Shown piece after piece: positions 17,098 to 26,596 of a stretch of 47,281 bases of DNA. A program made the translations under genes and the position numbers. The first letter of the stretch is position 1. Each line of letters begins with the position of its first letter. The notes beneath the pieces were generated by a model, which had not been told where the DNA came from, ran no database searches, and worked only from the letters and a program-made list of their open reading frames with translations. The stretch is from Alphaproteobacteria bacterium (GTDB taxonomy: Bacteria; Pseudomonadota; Alphaproteobacteria; CACIAM-22H2): NCBI GenBank assembly GCA_044359885.1, contig JBIKLI010000001.1, positions 1-47,281 on the forward strand, read 5' to 3'.

Positions 17098-17388
17098 ATG
17101 AACGCCATCGCCCGCCTCGTCGACACGGTCGTCACCCTCTACATCTGGGTGCTGATCGCGCAGGCGATCCTGTCCTGGCTGATCGCCTTCAACGTGATCA
17201 ACGGCTACAACCAGTTCGTGCGCGGGCTGGGCGAATTCCTGTGGCGGATCACCGAGCCGGCGCTGCGGCCGCTGCGACGCTTCGTGCCGGCGATCGGCGG
17301 GGTCGACGTGTCGCCGATCGTCCTGATCCTCGTGCTTTATTTCGTCCGCGACCTCGTCCTCTACGACCTCTTCCCGGCGCTGCAGTGA
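17098..17388 (+). CDS. yggT: YggT-family membrane protein
   Basis: 96 aa reading [28 protein letters not shown]...[13 protein letters not shown], which matches the typical YggT layout. Confidence 0.85.
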   Translation: MNAIARLVDTVVTLYIWVLIAQAILSWLIAFNVINGYNQFVRGLGEFLWRITEPALRPLRRFVPAIGGVDVSPIVLILVLYFVRDLVLYDLFPALQ

Positions 17389-17467
17389 CGGCGGAACCGG
17401 CGCTGGCGGGGACCGCGCCCTGTCGACGCGCGCGGCCGCCGCGCGCCCTGGGAGAGAAAACGACGCA

Positions 17468-18331
17468 ATGAGCGCCCGGATCATCGACGGAAAAGCCGTC
17501 GCCGCCGCCCTGCGCGCCAGGCTGGCCGGCGCGGTCGCACGACTGCCGGCGCCGCCCGGTCTGGCGGTCGTGCTGGTCGGCGAGGACCCGGCCAGTGCCG
17601 TCTATGTCCGCAACAAGGGCATCGCCACGCGCGAGGCGGGGATGCGCTCGGCCGAGCACCGCCTGCCCGCGACCGCGAGCCAGTCCGAACTGCTGGCGTT
17701 GATCGCACGGCTGAACGCCGATCCCGAGATCGACGGCATCCTGGTGCAACTGCCCCTGCCGGGCCATGTCGATGCGCAGGCCGTCATCGCCGCCATCGAT
17801 CCGGCCAAGGATGTCGACGGGTTCCATGTCGTCAATGCCGGGCTGCTCGCCACCGGCGGCGCGGGCCTGGTTCCCTGCACGCCGCGCGGCTGCATGATCC
17901 TGCTGCGCGAGACGGGGACCGCCCTCGCCGGCGCCGAGGCGGTGGTCGTCGGCCGGTCCAGCATCGTCGGCAAGCCGGTGGCGCAGCTGCTGCTGGCCGC
18001 CGACGCGACCGTGACCGTCGCCCATTCACGCACCCGCGATCTGGCGGCGGTCTGCCGGCGCGCCGACATCCTGATCGCCGCGGCCGGACGGCCCGAGCTG
18101 CTGCGCGGCGACTGGATCAAGCCGGGAGCGACGGTGATCGATGTCGGCATCAATCGCGTCGAGGACGAGAACGGCAGGTCCCGCCTGGTCGGCGACGTCG
18201 CCTATGCCGAGGCCGCCGCGGTCGCCGGGGCCATCACGCCGGTGCCCGGCGGGGTCGGACCGATGACCATCGCCTGCCTGCTGGAGAACACGCTGATCGC
18301 GGCGCGACGCCGCCGCGGCTGGAGGGAGTGA
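17468..18331 (+). CDS. folD: Bifunctional methylenetetrahydrofolate dehydrogenase / methenyltetrahydrofolate cyclohydrolase
   Basis: 287 aa with [26 protein letters not shown], and [18 protein letters not shown]. Confidence 0.95.
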   Translation: MSARIIDGKAVAAALRARLAGAVARLPAPPGLAVVLVGEDPASAVYVRNKGIATREAGMRSAEHRLPATASQSELLALIARLNADPEIDGILVQLPLPGHVDAQAVIAAIDPAKDVDGFHVVNAGLLATGGAGLVPCTPRGCMILLRETGTALAGAEAVVVGRSSIVGKPVAQLLLAADATVTVAHSRTRDLAAVCRRADILIAAAGRPELLRGDWIKPGATVIDVGINRVEDENGRSRLVGDVAYAEAAAVAGAITPVPGGVGPMTIACLLENTLIAARRRRGWRE

Positions 18332-18333
18332 CG

Positions 18334-19302
18334 ATGGACTTCGACGTCGGCCTTGCCCGGATCGAGGCGGCGCGCGGCCGCATCGCGGGTCAGGTGCGCG
18401 CCACGCCGACCTGGCGCAGCGAGGCGCTGTCGCGGCGCCTCGACGCGGAGGTGTTCCTGAAGCTCGAATGCCTGCAGCTGGGCGGGTCCTTCAAGATGCG
18501 CGGCGTGCTGAACAAGCTCGCGACGATGGACCCGGCCGCCCGCGAACGCGGCATCGTCACCGTCTCGGGCGGCAACCACGCGATCGCCACCGCCGAGGCG
18601 GCGCGCGCGACCGGCACGCGCGCGCTGGTGACGATGCCCAAGGTGACCCCGGCCTACAACGTCGCGCGCACGCGCGGGCCCGGCGCCGAGGTCGAGCTTT
18701 GCGAGACCGCCGCCGTCGCCTTCGCCCGCGCGCAGGAGCTTGGCCGCGCGGGCATGACCTTCGTCCATCCCTATGACGATCCGGAGGTCATCGCCGGCCA
18801 CGGCACGGTGGGGCTCGAGATCGTCGACGCGGTCCCCGACCTGACCGACGTCTTCGTCAGCATCGGCGGCGGCGGCTTCATGGCCGGCGTCGCTGCGGCG
18901 GTGAAGGGATTGCGGCCCGCCGCACGCCTCCACGGCGTCGAGACCGAGGGCGCCGAGACGATGACGCGCGCGCTGGCCGCGGGAAGGCCGGAGACGATCG
19001 CCCCCAGCTCGATCGCGCGCACGCTGGGCGCGCCCTTCGCCACCGAACGCACCATGGCCGCGGCGAGACGCTTCCTCGAAGGCATCGAGATCGTGCCCGA
19101 CCGCGAGGCCGTCGCCGAACTCGACGCCCTGGTGGCCGAGGAGCATGTCTGGTGCGAGCCGGCCGCCGCGTGCACCGTCGCCGCGGCGCTGCGCCGCCGT
19201 GGCGCCCTGGGAGCACGGCCGCGCATCGTCCTGGTGCTCTGCGGCAGCAACGTGGCCTTCGACGACGTCGCGCGCTGGCGCGCGCAATTCGGCCTGGGTT
19301 GA
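18334..19302 (+). CDS. PLP-dependent threonine/serine dehydratase family protein
   Basis: PLP-lysine motif GGSFKMRG, plus SGGNHA and GGGGF. The ATG at 18334 is preceded by GGAGGG. The track ORF begins at a GTG at 18328 overlapping the folD stop. Confidence 0.85.
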   Translation: MDFDVGLARIEAARGRIAGQVRATPTWRSEALSRRLDAEVFLKLECLQLGGSFKMRGVLNKLATMDPAARERGIVTVSGGNHAIATAEAARATGTRALVTMPKVTPAYNVARTRGPGAEVELCETAAVAFARAQELGRAGMTFVHPYDDPEVIAGHGTVGLEIVDAVPDLTDVFVSIGGGGFMAGVAAAVKGLRPAARLHGVETEGAETMTRALAAGRPETIAPSSIARTLGAPFATERTMAAARRFLEGIEIVPDREAVAELDALVAEEHVWCEPAAACTVAAALRRRGALGARPRIVLVLCGSNVAFDDVARWRAQFGLG

Positions 19303-19320
19303 GGGCGCGGGCCCGCGACG

Positions 19321-20628
19321 TCAGCGCAGCAGCGGCGCGTAGTCGTCGAGGAAGGACTCGAAGGCCGCGGCGAAGCCGTCGATCTCGGCGTCGCCATGCG
19401 GCAGCGCCAGGACCAGCATGCCCCGGAAGGTGACGTAGAAACCGCGCGCCAGCATCTCGAGCTGCAGCAGCTTCAGCCAATCCTTCGAGGCGGTCGCGAT
19501 GTCGGCGGGGCTGGTCACCGGTCCGCGCACGAAATGCACGTTCATCATCGAGCCGCGGCCGGCGACATGGACGGCGAGGTCCCGCGCGGCGATCGATGCG
19601 TTCATGCGCTGGCGCAGCGCGTCGCCGCGGCCGTTGAGGGCGATCGACCGCTCGGGAGTCAGGACCTTGCCCAGGCCTGCGACGCCCGCGGCCATGGTCA
19701 GGACGTTGTTGTTGAAGGTCCCGGCATGGGCGAGAGCGTCGGGGCGCGCGGGATCGAAGCGTTCCATGATCCGGGCGGCACCGCCGAAGGCGCCGAAGCT
19801 GAGCCCGCCGCCGAGATACTTCCCGAGGGTGATCAGGTCGGGGACGATGCCGAGCGCTCCATGCAGGCCGGACGGCGACAGGCGCGACGTCATGACCTCG
19901 TCGAAGATCAGCAGGCTGCCGGCGGCGCGCGTCTCCTCGCGCAGCATGGCGAGGAACTCGGGCGACGCCGGAATGCAGCCGCCCCCGCCCAGCATCGGCT
20001 CCAGGATCACGCAGGCGAGATCGGCGGCGTGCGCGCGGATCGCGGCCCGGGCGGCGGCGACGTCGTTGTAGGGCACGACCACGAACGGAAACGGCGCGTT
20101 GAGCGGAGACCCGTTGCCCGAGAAGATGAACACGCCCCCGTGATAGCCGCCCTGCATCGCCATCACCTTGGTGCGCCCGGTGAAGACCCGGGCGACGCTG
20201 ACGGCCATCAGATTCGCCTCGGTGCCCGAATTCGTGAAGCGCACCAGTTCCAGGGCCGGGAAGCGCTCGACGATCAGCTCGGCGAGGCGCGCCTCGTAGC
20301 GGTTCGGCGCGCCCAGCACGATGCCGTCGTCGAGCGCGGCCTTGACCGCCTCGACGATCGCGGGTTCGGAATGCCCGTAGAGCCCGGCCGTGTACTCGGA
20401 CACGAAATCCGCGTAGCGGTTCCCGTCCATGTCCCAGACATGGCAGCCCTCGCCGCGCGCGATCGCGACGGGGAAGGGCGGGTAGTAGATGACGCTGCGG
20501 GTGTTGCCCCCCGGCATGACGCGCCGCGCGTCGTGATGACGGCGCGCGCTCAGCGGATGGGCGTCGACGAAGCGCCGCTCCGCCTCCGCGAGGGCCGATC
20601 CCAGATCGAGGTTGCGCGTCGGGTCCAT
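19321..20628 (-). CDS. Class-III (GSA-like) PLP aminotransferase
   Basis: 435 aa with GGYHGG, LIFDEVMTSR, and TLGKYLGGG (PLP lysine). A GGAG Shine-Dalgarno sequence precedes the ATG. Confidence 0.9.
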   Translation of the reverse strand: MDPTRNLDLGSALAEAERRFVDAHPLSARRHHDARRVMPGGNTRSVIYYPPFPVAIARGEGCHVWDMDGNRYADFVSEYTAGLYGHSEPAIVEAVKAALDDGIVLGAPNRYEARLAELIVERFPALELVRFTNSGTEANLMAVSVARVFTGRTKVMAMQGGYHGGVFIFSGNGSPLNAPFPFVVVPYNDVAAARAAIRAHAADLACVILEPMLGGGGCIPASPEFLAMLREETRAAGSLLIFDEVMTSRLSPSGLHGALGIVPDLITLGKYLGGGLSFGAFGGAARIMERFDPARPDALAHAGTFNNNVLTMAAGVAGLGKVLTPERSIALNGRGDALRQRMNASIAARDLAVHVAGRGSMMNVHFVRGPVTSPADIATASKDWLKLLQLEMLARGFYVTFRGMLVLALPHGDAEIDGFAAAFESFLDDYAPLLR

Positions 20629-20701
20629 GGCGATCTCCTCCGTTGCACGGCGGCCGCGGGCGATGCCGTCAGGCTAGCGCCGCGCGCCGGGGCCGGGCAA
20701 C

Positions 20702-20731
20702 GCCGCCCGACGTCTTGCCGCCCGACGTTTT
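20702..20731. repeat. 15-bp tandem direct repeat (2 copies, 1 mismatch)
   Basis: GCCGCCCGACGTCTT (20702-20716) is immediately followed by GCCGCCCGACGTTTT (20717-20731). The repeat lies in the divergent aminotransferase/FAH intergenic region. Confidence 0.5.
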
Positions 20732-20825
20732 GCCCTTGGCCGCCGCGCGGCCGCGGGCTAAGGCGGGAAGTGCGTTAGGGGCGCCGCGATCGCCAGATCG
20801 CGGCCAGGCAAGAAAGGGAGACGCG

Positions 20826-21677
20826 ATGAAATTCCTCAGCTTCCAGTCCGGCAAGGACGCCAGCTATGGCGCGGTCGTCGGCGACGGCGTGGTCGACCTG
20901 GGCAAGCGCCTGGGCAAGAAATATCCCACGCTGCGCGCGGCGCTGGCCGCCGGCGCGCTCGCGGAACTGACCAAGGTCGCCAGCGGCGCGAAGAAGACCG
21001 ATCTGCCGCTCAAGAAGGTGAAGTACCTGCCGGTGATCCCGGATGCGCGCAAGATCATCTGCGTCGGTCTGAACTACAAGGATCACCAGGCCGAATCGAA
21101 GAGCACCGCGACCGAGAACCCGACCCTCTTCCTGCGCATGCAGGCAAGCCAGGTCGGCCACAACCAGCCGATGATCAAGCCCAGGGAAAGCGACAAGCTC
21201 GACTGGGAGGGCGAGCTTGCGGTCATCATCGGCCGCGGCGGTCGGCGGATCGCCCGGGAGAAGGCGATGAACCATATCGCCGGCTACGCCTGCTATCACG
21301 ACGGCTCGGTGCGCGACTATCAGCGCCACACGACCCAGTTCACGCCCGGCAAGAACTTCGCCGCCACCGGCGGCTTCGGGCCGTGGATGGTGACCAAGGA
21401 CGAGGTCGGCGACATCACGAAGCAGACGCTGACCACACGGGTCAACGGCGTCGTCAAGCAGCAGGCCGGTATCGACCTGCTGATCTTCGACATCCCGGCG
21501 CTGATCGCCTACATCTCGGTCTTCGTGCCGCTCGAGGGCGGCGACGTCATCGTCACCGGCACGCCAGGCGGCGTCGGCGCTGCGCGCACGCCGCCGGAAT
21601 TCATGAAGCCCGGCGATGTCGCCGAGATCGAGATCACCGGCGTCGGCACGCTGCGCAACGTCGTCAAGGAAGGCTGA
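20826..21677 (+). CDS. Fumarylacetoacetate hydrolase (FAH) family protein
   Basis: The ATG at 20826 follows AAGGGAG. Motifs include KIICVGLNYKDH, DWEGELAVIIG, and GDVIVTGTPGGVG. Confidence 0.9.
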   Translation: MKFLSFQSGKDASYGAVVGDGVVDLGKRLGKKYPTLRAALAAGALAELTKVASGAKKTDLPLKKVKYLPVIPDARKIICVGLNYKDHQAESKSTATENPTLFLRMQASQVGHNQPMIKPRESDKLDWEGELAVIIGRGGRRIAREKAMNHIAGYACYHDGSVRDYQRHTTQFTPGKNFAATGGFGPWMVTKDEVGDITKQTLTTRVNGVVKQQAGIDLLIFDIPALIAYISVFVPLEGGDVIVTGTPGGVGAARTPPEFMKPGDVAEIEITGVGTLRNVVKEG

Positions 21678-21686
21678 TCGGGCCGC

Positions 21687-21718
21687 GGACGGGCCGCGCG
21701 CCGGCGCGTGGCCCGTCC
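21687..21718. terminator. Long GC palindrome between convergent FAH and MFS genes
   Basis: GGACGGGCC (21687-21695) pairs with GGCCCGTCC (21710-21718). The inner CGCGCCGGCGCG is also self-complementary, giving a near-perfect 32-nt hairpin in the 46-bp gap. Confidence 0.45.
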
Positions 21719-21723
21719 GTTCC

Positions 21724-23013
21724 TCATTCCGGCCGGCGCCCGGCCTCGGTGCGCGGGTCGAGGCGCGCCGTCGTCGGCGGCGTCGGCGGCAGATCGACGA
21801 AACGTTCACGTTCCTCCGGCGGCCGCGGCTTGCGCCGTCGCATGCGCCAGATGGCGAAGCCGATGAAGGCGAGCGAGAACAGCGCCGCATGCGCCAGCAG
21901 GCCCACCGGGCCGATCCGCGCCATCGCGGCGGCGGCGACGACCGGCCCCAGCGAAGCCCCGGTCCCCCAGACCAGCATCAGGCTGCTGGACAGGGCCACC
22001 GTCCGCTCCCGGCCCGCGAAATCGAAGGCATGGGCGACGGCGATCGCGTAGACCGCCTGGCATCCGCCGACCGCGATCGCCAGGGTCGCGGCAAGCACCG
22101 GGAAGGGCATCTCCCCGATCCAGGCGATCACCGCGGTCCCGGTCACCGTCGCCGCCGACGCGCCGATCATCACCGCGCGGCGGTCCCGGCGATCCGAGAG
22201 CCACCCGAGCGGCCACTGGATCATCAGCGATCCCGCCTGCAGCGAAGCGGCCAGAAGGCTGATCGCGACGTTGTCGAGACCGATGCTGACGCCATAGAAG
22301 GGCAGCACGTTGAACACGGCACTGCCGACGAGACCGACATAGAAGCAGGCGACGATGCTGACCGGCGCCACCGCGAACAGGTCGCGCAGGCTCATCACCG
22401 CGACCGCCGGCGGCGGTGCCGGCCCCGGCGCCTGGTTCAGCGCCACCGGGATCAGCGCCAGCGAATAGAAGACGCTGGCGCACAGGAAGAGTTCGAAGCC
22501 GGCGCTGGGGAAGGCCAGCGGCATCATCTGCCCCAGAACCAGCCCGGCGCGCGAGCAGACGACGTAGACCGACATCATGCGACCGCGCAGCTGTTCGGGG
22601 GTCCGGTCGAGGACCCAGCTCTCGACGATCACGAACTGCATCGCGTTGATCAGGCCGTTGGCGAGGCGCAGGGCGATCCAGAGCCAGGGATCGTCCGTCA
22701 GCGCGAAGACCAGCGTGACCACCGCCTGCAGCGAGGCGAGAACGGCGAAGGCGCGGATATGCCCGATCGGGCGCACCAGGAAGCCCGCGAAGAGGCAGCC
22801 GCCGAGAAAGCCCACCGCGCCCGCCGATCCGGCAAGACCGATCAGCTCGGCGGGCCGGCCGTCGAGCGCCATGCGCAGCGGCACCGTCAGGCCGAGCGCC
22901 GCGCCGGCGATCTGCAGGAGGAAGGCGCCCGCCAGGATGGCGACGAGCTGCCAGAGGGTACGGCGCGCCGACGGGCGAGGCGTCCCGGGAACGAGATCGA
23001 TGGTCGCGGACAC
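21724..23013 (-). CDS. MFS transporter
   Basis: 429 aa with a GTG start and about 12 hydrophobic spans. MFS motif A is GWLSDRRDRRAVM. Confidence 0.8.
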   Translation of the reverse strand: MSATIDLVPGTPRPSARRTLWQLVAILAGAFLLQIAGAALGLTVPLRMALDGRPAELIGLAGSAGAVGFLGGCLFAGFLVRPIGHIRAFAVLASLQAVVTLVFALTDDPWLWIALRLANGLINAMQFVIVESWVLDRTPEQLRGRMMSVYVVCSRAGLVLGQMMPLAFPSAGFELFLCASVFYSLALIPVALNQAPGPAPPPAVAVMSLRDLFAVAPVSIVACFYVGLVGSAVFNVLPFYGVSIGLDNVAISLLAASLQAGSLMIQWPLGWLSDRRDRRAVMIGASAATVTGTAVIAWIGEMPFPVLAATLAIAVGGCQAVYAIAVAHAFDFAGRERTVALSSSLMLVWGTGASLGPVVAAAAMARIGPVGLLAHAALFSLAFIGFAIWRMRRRKPRPPEERERFVDLPPTPPTTARLDPRTEAGRRPE

Positions 23014-23106
23014 GGCTGCATCCTACCAAGCGAATTCGGGCGGCGCCTGGGCGGCGATACGGTAGTCTCGCGGCACCCGGCCGCAGGAGAAAGGAACCCG
23101 TCCGAC

Positions 23107-23820
23107 ATGCTGACCGCCACCGCCCGCGACAAGCTCGCCCAGGTCTCGACCGCCACCATCACGACCGTCCTGTTCAAGCGCGGATTCCGCAACCAGTTCC
23201 TCCAGGGCCCGCAGATCGTCAACCCGCGCGCCCCGCGGCTCGTCGGACCCGCCTACACGCTGCGCTACATCCCGGCCCGCGAGGATCTCGACGTCCTCAA
23301 GGTCTTCGAGGACCGCAGCCATCCGCAGCGCAAGGGCGTCGAGGAATGCCCAGCCGGCGCCGTCTTCGTCGTCGACAGCCGCGGCGACCCGCGGGCGGCC
23401 TCCGCGGGCGGGATCCTGCTGACCCGGCTGATGCGGCGCGGCTGCGCCGGCGCGGTGACCGATGGCGGGTTCCGCGACACGCCCGAGATCGCGACGATGG
23501 ACTGGCCCGTCTATCATGTCCGGCCGTCCGCCCCGACCAACCTCATCCATCACCATGCCGTCGATCTCGGCGTGCCGATCGGCTGCGGCGGCGTGGCGGT
23601 CTATCCGGGCGACATCATGGTCGGGGACGGCGAGGGCGTGGCCTGCATCCCCGCGCATCTCGCCGAGGACGTCGCGAACGAGGCCTTCGAGCAGACCGTC
23701 TACGAGGATTTCGTGCAGGAGCAGGTGGATGGCGGCGCGGGGCTGTTCGGCCTCTACCCCATGATCGATCCGGCGACGCGCGAGCGCTTCCTCGCCTGGC
23801 GCAAGGCCCAGGGACGCTGA
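23107..23820 (+). CDS. RraA-family protein (class II aldolase/decarboxylase-like, long form)
   Basis: The ATG at 23107 follows AGGAGAAAGG. GGILLTRLMRRGCAGAVTDGGFRD is the RraA/HMG-aldolase-type motif. At 237 aa it is longer than the roughly 160-aa RraA proper. Confidence 0.8.
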   Translation: MLTATARDKLAQVSTATITTVLFKRGFRNQFLQGPQIVNPRAPRLVGPAYTLRYIPAREDLDVLKVFEDRSHPQRKGVEECPAGAVFVVDSRGDPRAASAGGILLTRLMRRGCAGAVTDGGFRDTPEIATMDWPVYHVRPSAPTNLIHHHAVDLGVPIGCGGVAVYPGDIMVGDGEGVACIPAHLAEDVANEAFEQTVYEDFVQEQVDGGAGLFGLYPMIDPATRERFLAWRKAQGR

Positions 23821-23836
23821 GCCCGGCGATCCGGGT

Positions 23837-24781
23837 TCAGGCCCTGGCCGTCGCCGCGTCGACCAGGGCGCGATCCTCGGCGCTCAACGTCCAACGCGCC
23901 GCCGCGACGTTCGCCTCCAGCTGCTCCGGGCGCGTCGCGCCGGCGATGACGCTGGCGACGGCCGGGTTCCCGAGCAGCCAGGCGAAGGCCAGTTCGAGCA
24001 ATGTCCGGCCGCGCGCGGTGCAGAAGGCGTCCAGCTTCTCGACGATCTCCCAGTTGGCGTCGGTCAGGTAGAGATCGGCGAGGCGCTGGGTTCCGGTCAG
24101 CCGCGCGCCCGCGGGCATCGGCAGGTTGCGCCTGTACTTGCCGGTCAGCATCCCGCTGGCGAGCGGGAAATAGGGCAGCAGGCCGATCCCGTAACGCTGC
24201 ATGACCGGCAGAAGATCCGCCTCGAGGCCGCGCGCAAGCAGGCTGTATTCGTCCTGGCACGAGACGAAGCGCGTGGTCCCGGCCTGGCGCGCGACGAACT
24301 CCGCCTCCACCACCTGCCAGGCCGGCAGGTTGGAGCAGCCGACATAGCGGACCTTGCCGGCGCGCACGAGATCCTCCAGCGCGCGCAGCGTCTCCTCGAT
24401 CGGCGTTCCGGGATCGGGTTCGTGCTGCTGGTAGAGGTCGATCCAGTCGGTCTTGAGGCGACGCAGACTGGCCTCGAGCGCCGCGACGATGTAGCGCCGC
24501 GAGGCGCCGCGCGCGCGTCCGGCCTCGTCCATCGGCTTGGCGTACTTGGTCGCGAGCACGATGTCCTTGCGCCGCGGGCCCAGCACCTCGCCCATCGCGC
24601 TCTCCGACCCACCGCGGTTCCCGTAGATGTCGGCCGTGTCGAACAGGGTGATGCCGAGATCGAAGGCCTTGTGGATCACCGCACGCGTCGCGTCGAGGCC
24701 GATCCGGCCGCCGAAATTGTTGCAGCCCAGACCGACCGCCGACACCAGGAGCCCGGAATTGCCGAGCCTGCGCTGTTCCAT
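23837..24781 (-). CDS. Aldo/keto reductase
   Basis: MEQRRLGNSGLLVSAVGLGCNNFG and the DTADIYG motif. The ATG at 24781 has GGAGGG 6 nt upstream, and the track ORF starts 2 codons earlier. Confidence 0.9.
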   Translation of the reverse strand: MEQRRLGNSGLLVSAVGLGCNNFGGRIGLDATRAVIHKAFDLGITLFDTADIYGNRGGSESAMGEVLGPRRKDIVLATKYAKPMDEAGRARGASRRYIVAALEASLRRLKTDWIDLYQQHEPDPGTPIEETLRALEDLVRAGKVRYVGCSNLPAWQVVEAEFVARQAGTTRFVSCQDEYSLLARGLEADLLPVMQRYGIGLLPYFPLASGMLTGKYRRNLPMPAGARLTGTQRLADLYLTDANWEIVEKLDAFCTARGRTLLELAFAWLLGNPAVASVIAGATRPEQLEANVAAARWTLSAEDRALVDAATARA

Positions 24782-24796
24782 CGCCATCCCTCCGCT

Positions 24797-25648
24797 TCAG
24801 CCGCCCTTGACGCCCCCGGCCGTAAGGCCGCCGACGATCTCCTTCTGGATGAACAGCGTCAGGATCAGCACCGGCGCCGTCACCAGCAGCGCCGCGGCGG
24901 CCAGCGGGCCCCAGGCGACCTGCTCGAAGGTGAGCATGTTGTAGACGGCGGCCGGCAGTGTCCGCGTCTGGCGGCCGCCCAGAACGGCGCCGAAGACGAA
25001 GTTGTTCCAGCTGAAGATGATCGACAGGATCATCGCCACGACGATCCCCGGCCGGGCCAGCGGCAGCGCCACATGCCGGAAGGCCTGCCACAGGGTGCAG
25101 CCGTCGATCAGCGCCGCCTCCTCCAGGTCGGGCGGCAGGCTCTCGAAGAACCCGATCATCACGTAGACGAAGATCGGGATCGTGATCACCAGATGGGTGA
25201 TGAAGATCGGCCACAGGCTGCCGGTCAGGCCCAGCATCTGGAAGAGGATGTAGAGCGGGATCAGGTAGCTCAGCGCCGGGGTGATGCGCGCGATCAGGAT
25301 GCAGATCGCGGTGCGGTGCGCGGAAGCCTTGGCGATGCCGTAGCCGGCCGGCACGCCCACCAGGATCGCCACCAGCGTCGCGCCGCCCGTCACGAACAGG
25401 CTGTTGACCAGGTAGCGCATCAGGTTGCTGTTCTCGAACACCGCCGCGAAATTCGCGAAGGTCGGCGGGTTGGGGACGAAGACCGGCGGATAGGCCATGT
25501 TGTCGACCTCGTTCTTCAGCGAGAGCGACAGCATCCAGAGCATGACCAGGATGGCCGGCGAGACGATGACGAACACCGCGAAGGCGAAGGCGAGCTTCGA
25601 CAGCGCCTGCTTGGCGTGCCAGAGGATCCCGGGCGAAGCGGCGCTCAT
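24797..25648 (-). CDS. Carbohydrate ABC transporter permease
   Basis: Six hydrophobic spans and an EAA-type loop (LEEAALIDGCTLWQAFRHVALP). The ATG at 25648 overlaps the upstream permease stop (ATGA). Confidence 0.9.
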   Translation of the reverse strand: MSAASPGILWHAKQALSKLAFAFAVFVIVSPAILVMLWMLSLSLKNEVDNMAYPPVFVPNPPTFANFAAVFENSNLMRYLVNSLFVTGGATLVAILVGVPAGYGIAKASAHRTAICILIARITPALSYLIPLYILFQMLGLTGSLWPIFITHLVITIPIFVYVMIGFFESLPPDLEEAALIDGCTLWQAFRHVALPLARPGIVVAMILSIIFSWNNFVFGAVLGGRQTRTLPAAVYNMLTFEQVAWGPLAAAALLVTAPVLILTLFIQKEIVGGLTAGGVKGG

Positions 25649-26532
25649 GACCATTTCGCCTTCTGCCGCAGCCACAGCAGGACCATGGCCATCAGGATGA
25701 TGAGGACGAAGAAGACCACCACGATCGCCGAGGCGTAGCCGATGTTGTAGAAGGCGAAGGCCTGCAGATAGAGATAGATGTTGATCGTCTCCGAAGCGGT
25801 GCCGGGTCCGCCCTCCGAGATCACGAAGATCGTGTCGAAGGCCTTGAGCGCGTCGATGGTGCGGATGACCACCGCCAGCACGACGAAGGGCATGATCAGC
25901 GGCAGGGTGATGTAGCGGAACATCTGCCAGGGATTGGCCCCGTCCAGCCGCGCGGATTCATAAGGTTCGGTCGGCGCCGCGGCCAGCCCGCCCAGCACGA
26001 TCAGCATAACCAGCGGCGTCCAGTGCCAGACCTCGACCATGACCAGGGTGGGGATCACCGTGTCGAGCGAGGTATGCCAGAGCGAGGGCGGCAGGCCGGC
26101 CAGGCTCAGCAGGTAGTTGAGCACACCGAGTTGCGGGTGGAACATCATCTTCCAGACCAGCGCGACGGCGACCGGCGTCGCCATCATCGGCAGGATGAAG
26201 ATCGCACGGCACAGGCCGCGCAGCGGGAACCGCTCGTTGAAGATCAGGGCGGCGGCCGTGCCGAGCAGCACCGGCAGCACAACCGCCAGCAGCGTGAAAT
26301 AGAGCGTATGGCCGATCGACTCGATGAAGCGCTCGTCGCCGGCCAGTCGCGCGTAGTTGTCCCAGCCGACGAAGGCCCGCGGCGAGCCGATCTTCCACTC
26401 GTGGACGCTCATGAACAGCGTGAAGATCCACGGGAAGACGATAACCGCCCCGGTGATCAGCAGCGCCGGGTAGGCGAAGGGCAGATAGTTGCGGCCATAG
26501 CCGCGCGCGGCGGCCCCGGCTTTCGACGTCAT
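25645..26532 (-). CDS. Carbohydrate ABC transporter permease
   Basis: The ATG at 26532 gives MTSKAGAAARGYGRNYLPFAYPALL. An EAA-type loop is present (ESARLDGANPWQMFRYITLP). Confidence 0.9.
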   Translation of the reverse strand: MTSKAGAAARGYGRNYLPFAYPALLITGAVIVFPWIFTLFMSVHEWKIGSPRAFVGWDNYARLAGDERFIESIGHTLYFTLLAVVLPVLLGTAAALIFNERFPLRGLCRAIFILPMMATPVAVALVWKMMFHPQLGVLNYLLSLAGLPPSLWHTSLDTVIPTLVMVEVWHWTPLVMLIVLGGLAAAPTEPYESARLDGANPWQMFRYITLPLIMPFVVLAVVIRTIDALKAFDTIFVISEGGPGTASETINIYLYLQAFAFYNIGYASAIVVVFFVLIILMAMVLLWLRQKAKWS

Positions 26533-26596
26533 GCGGCGGCGAACTCCCTGGACATCCCCGCCGCGCCGGAACCGGCGCGGCGGGGACGCGTCGCGA

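Noticed and set aside
14308-17388. A 1026-aa plus-strand ORF, and likewise 6802-8706 (minus), 10113-12305 (plus), 21616-23820 (plus) and 7164-9179 (plus).
   Set aside because: These cross several independently supported genes on either strand. Only their last segments (yggT, the 66-aa gene, the RraA-like gene and dsbB) are real coding sequence, starting at internal ATGs. The rest is a GC artefact.
17389-17467. A possible ZTP (pfl-motif) riboswitch upstream of folD. The spacer contains CTGGCGGGG and CGCCCTGGGAG, reminiscent of the conserved ACUGGCG and CCGCCUGGGC elements, and folD is a classic ZTP-regulated gene.
   Set aside because: I could not build the full architecture. There is no P3 hairpin or linker between the putative P1 3' strand and the UGGG tail, and the pseudoknot partners are offset. 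A cmsearch with RF01750 would settle it, and I expect no significant hit.
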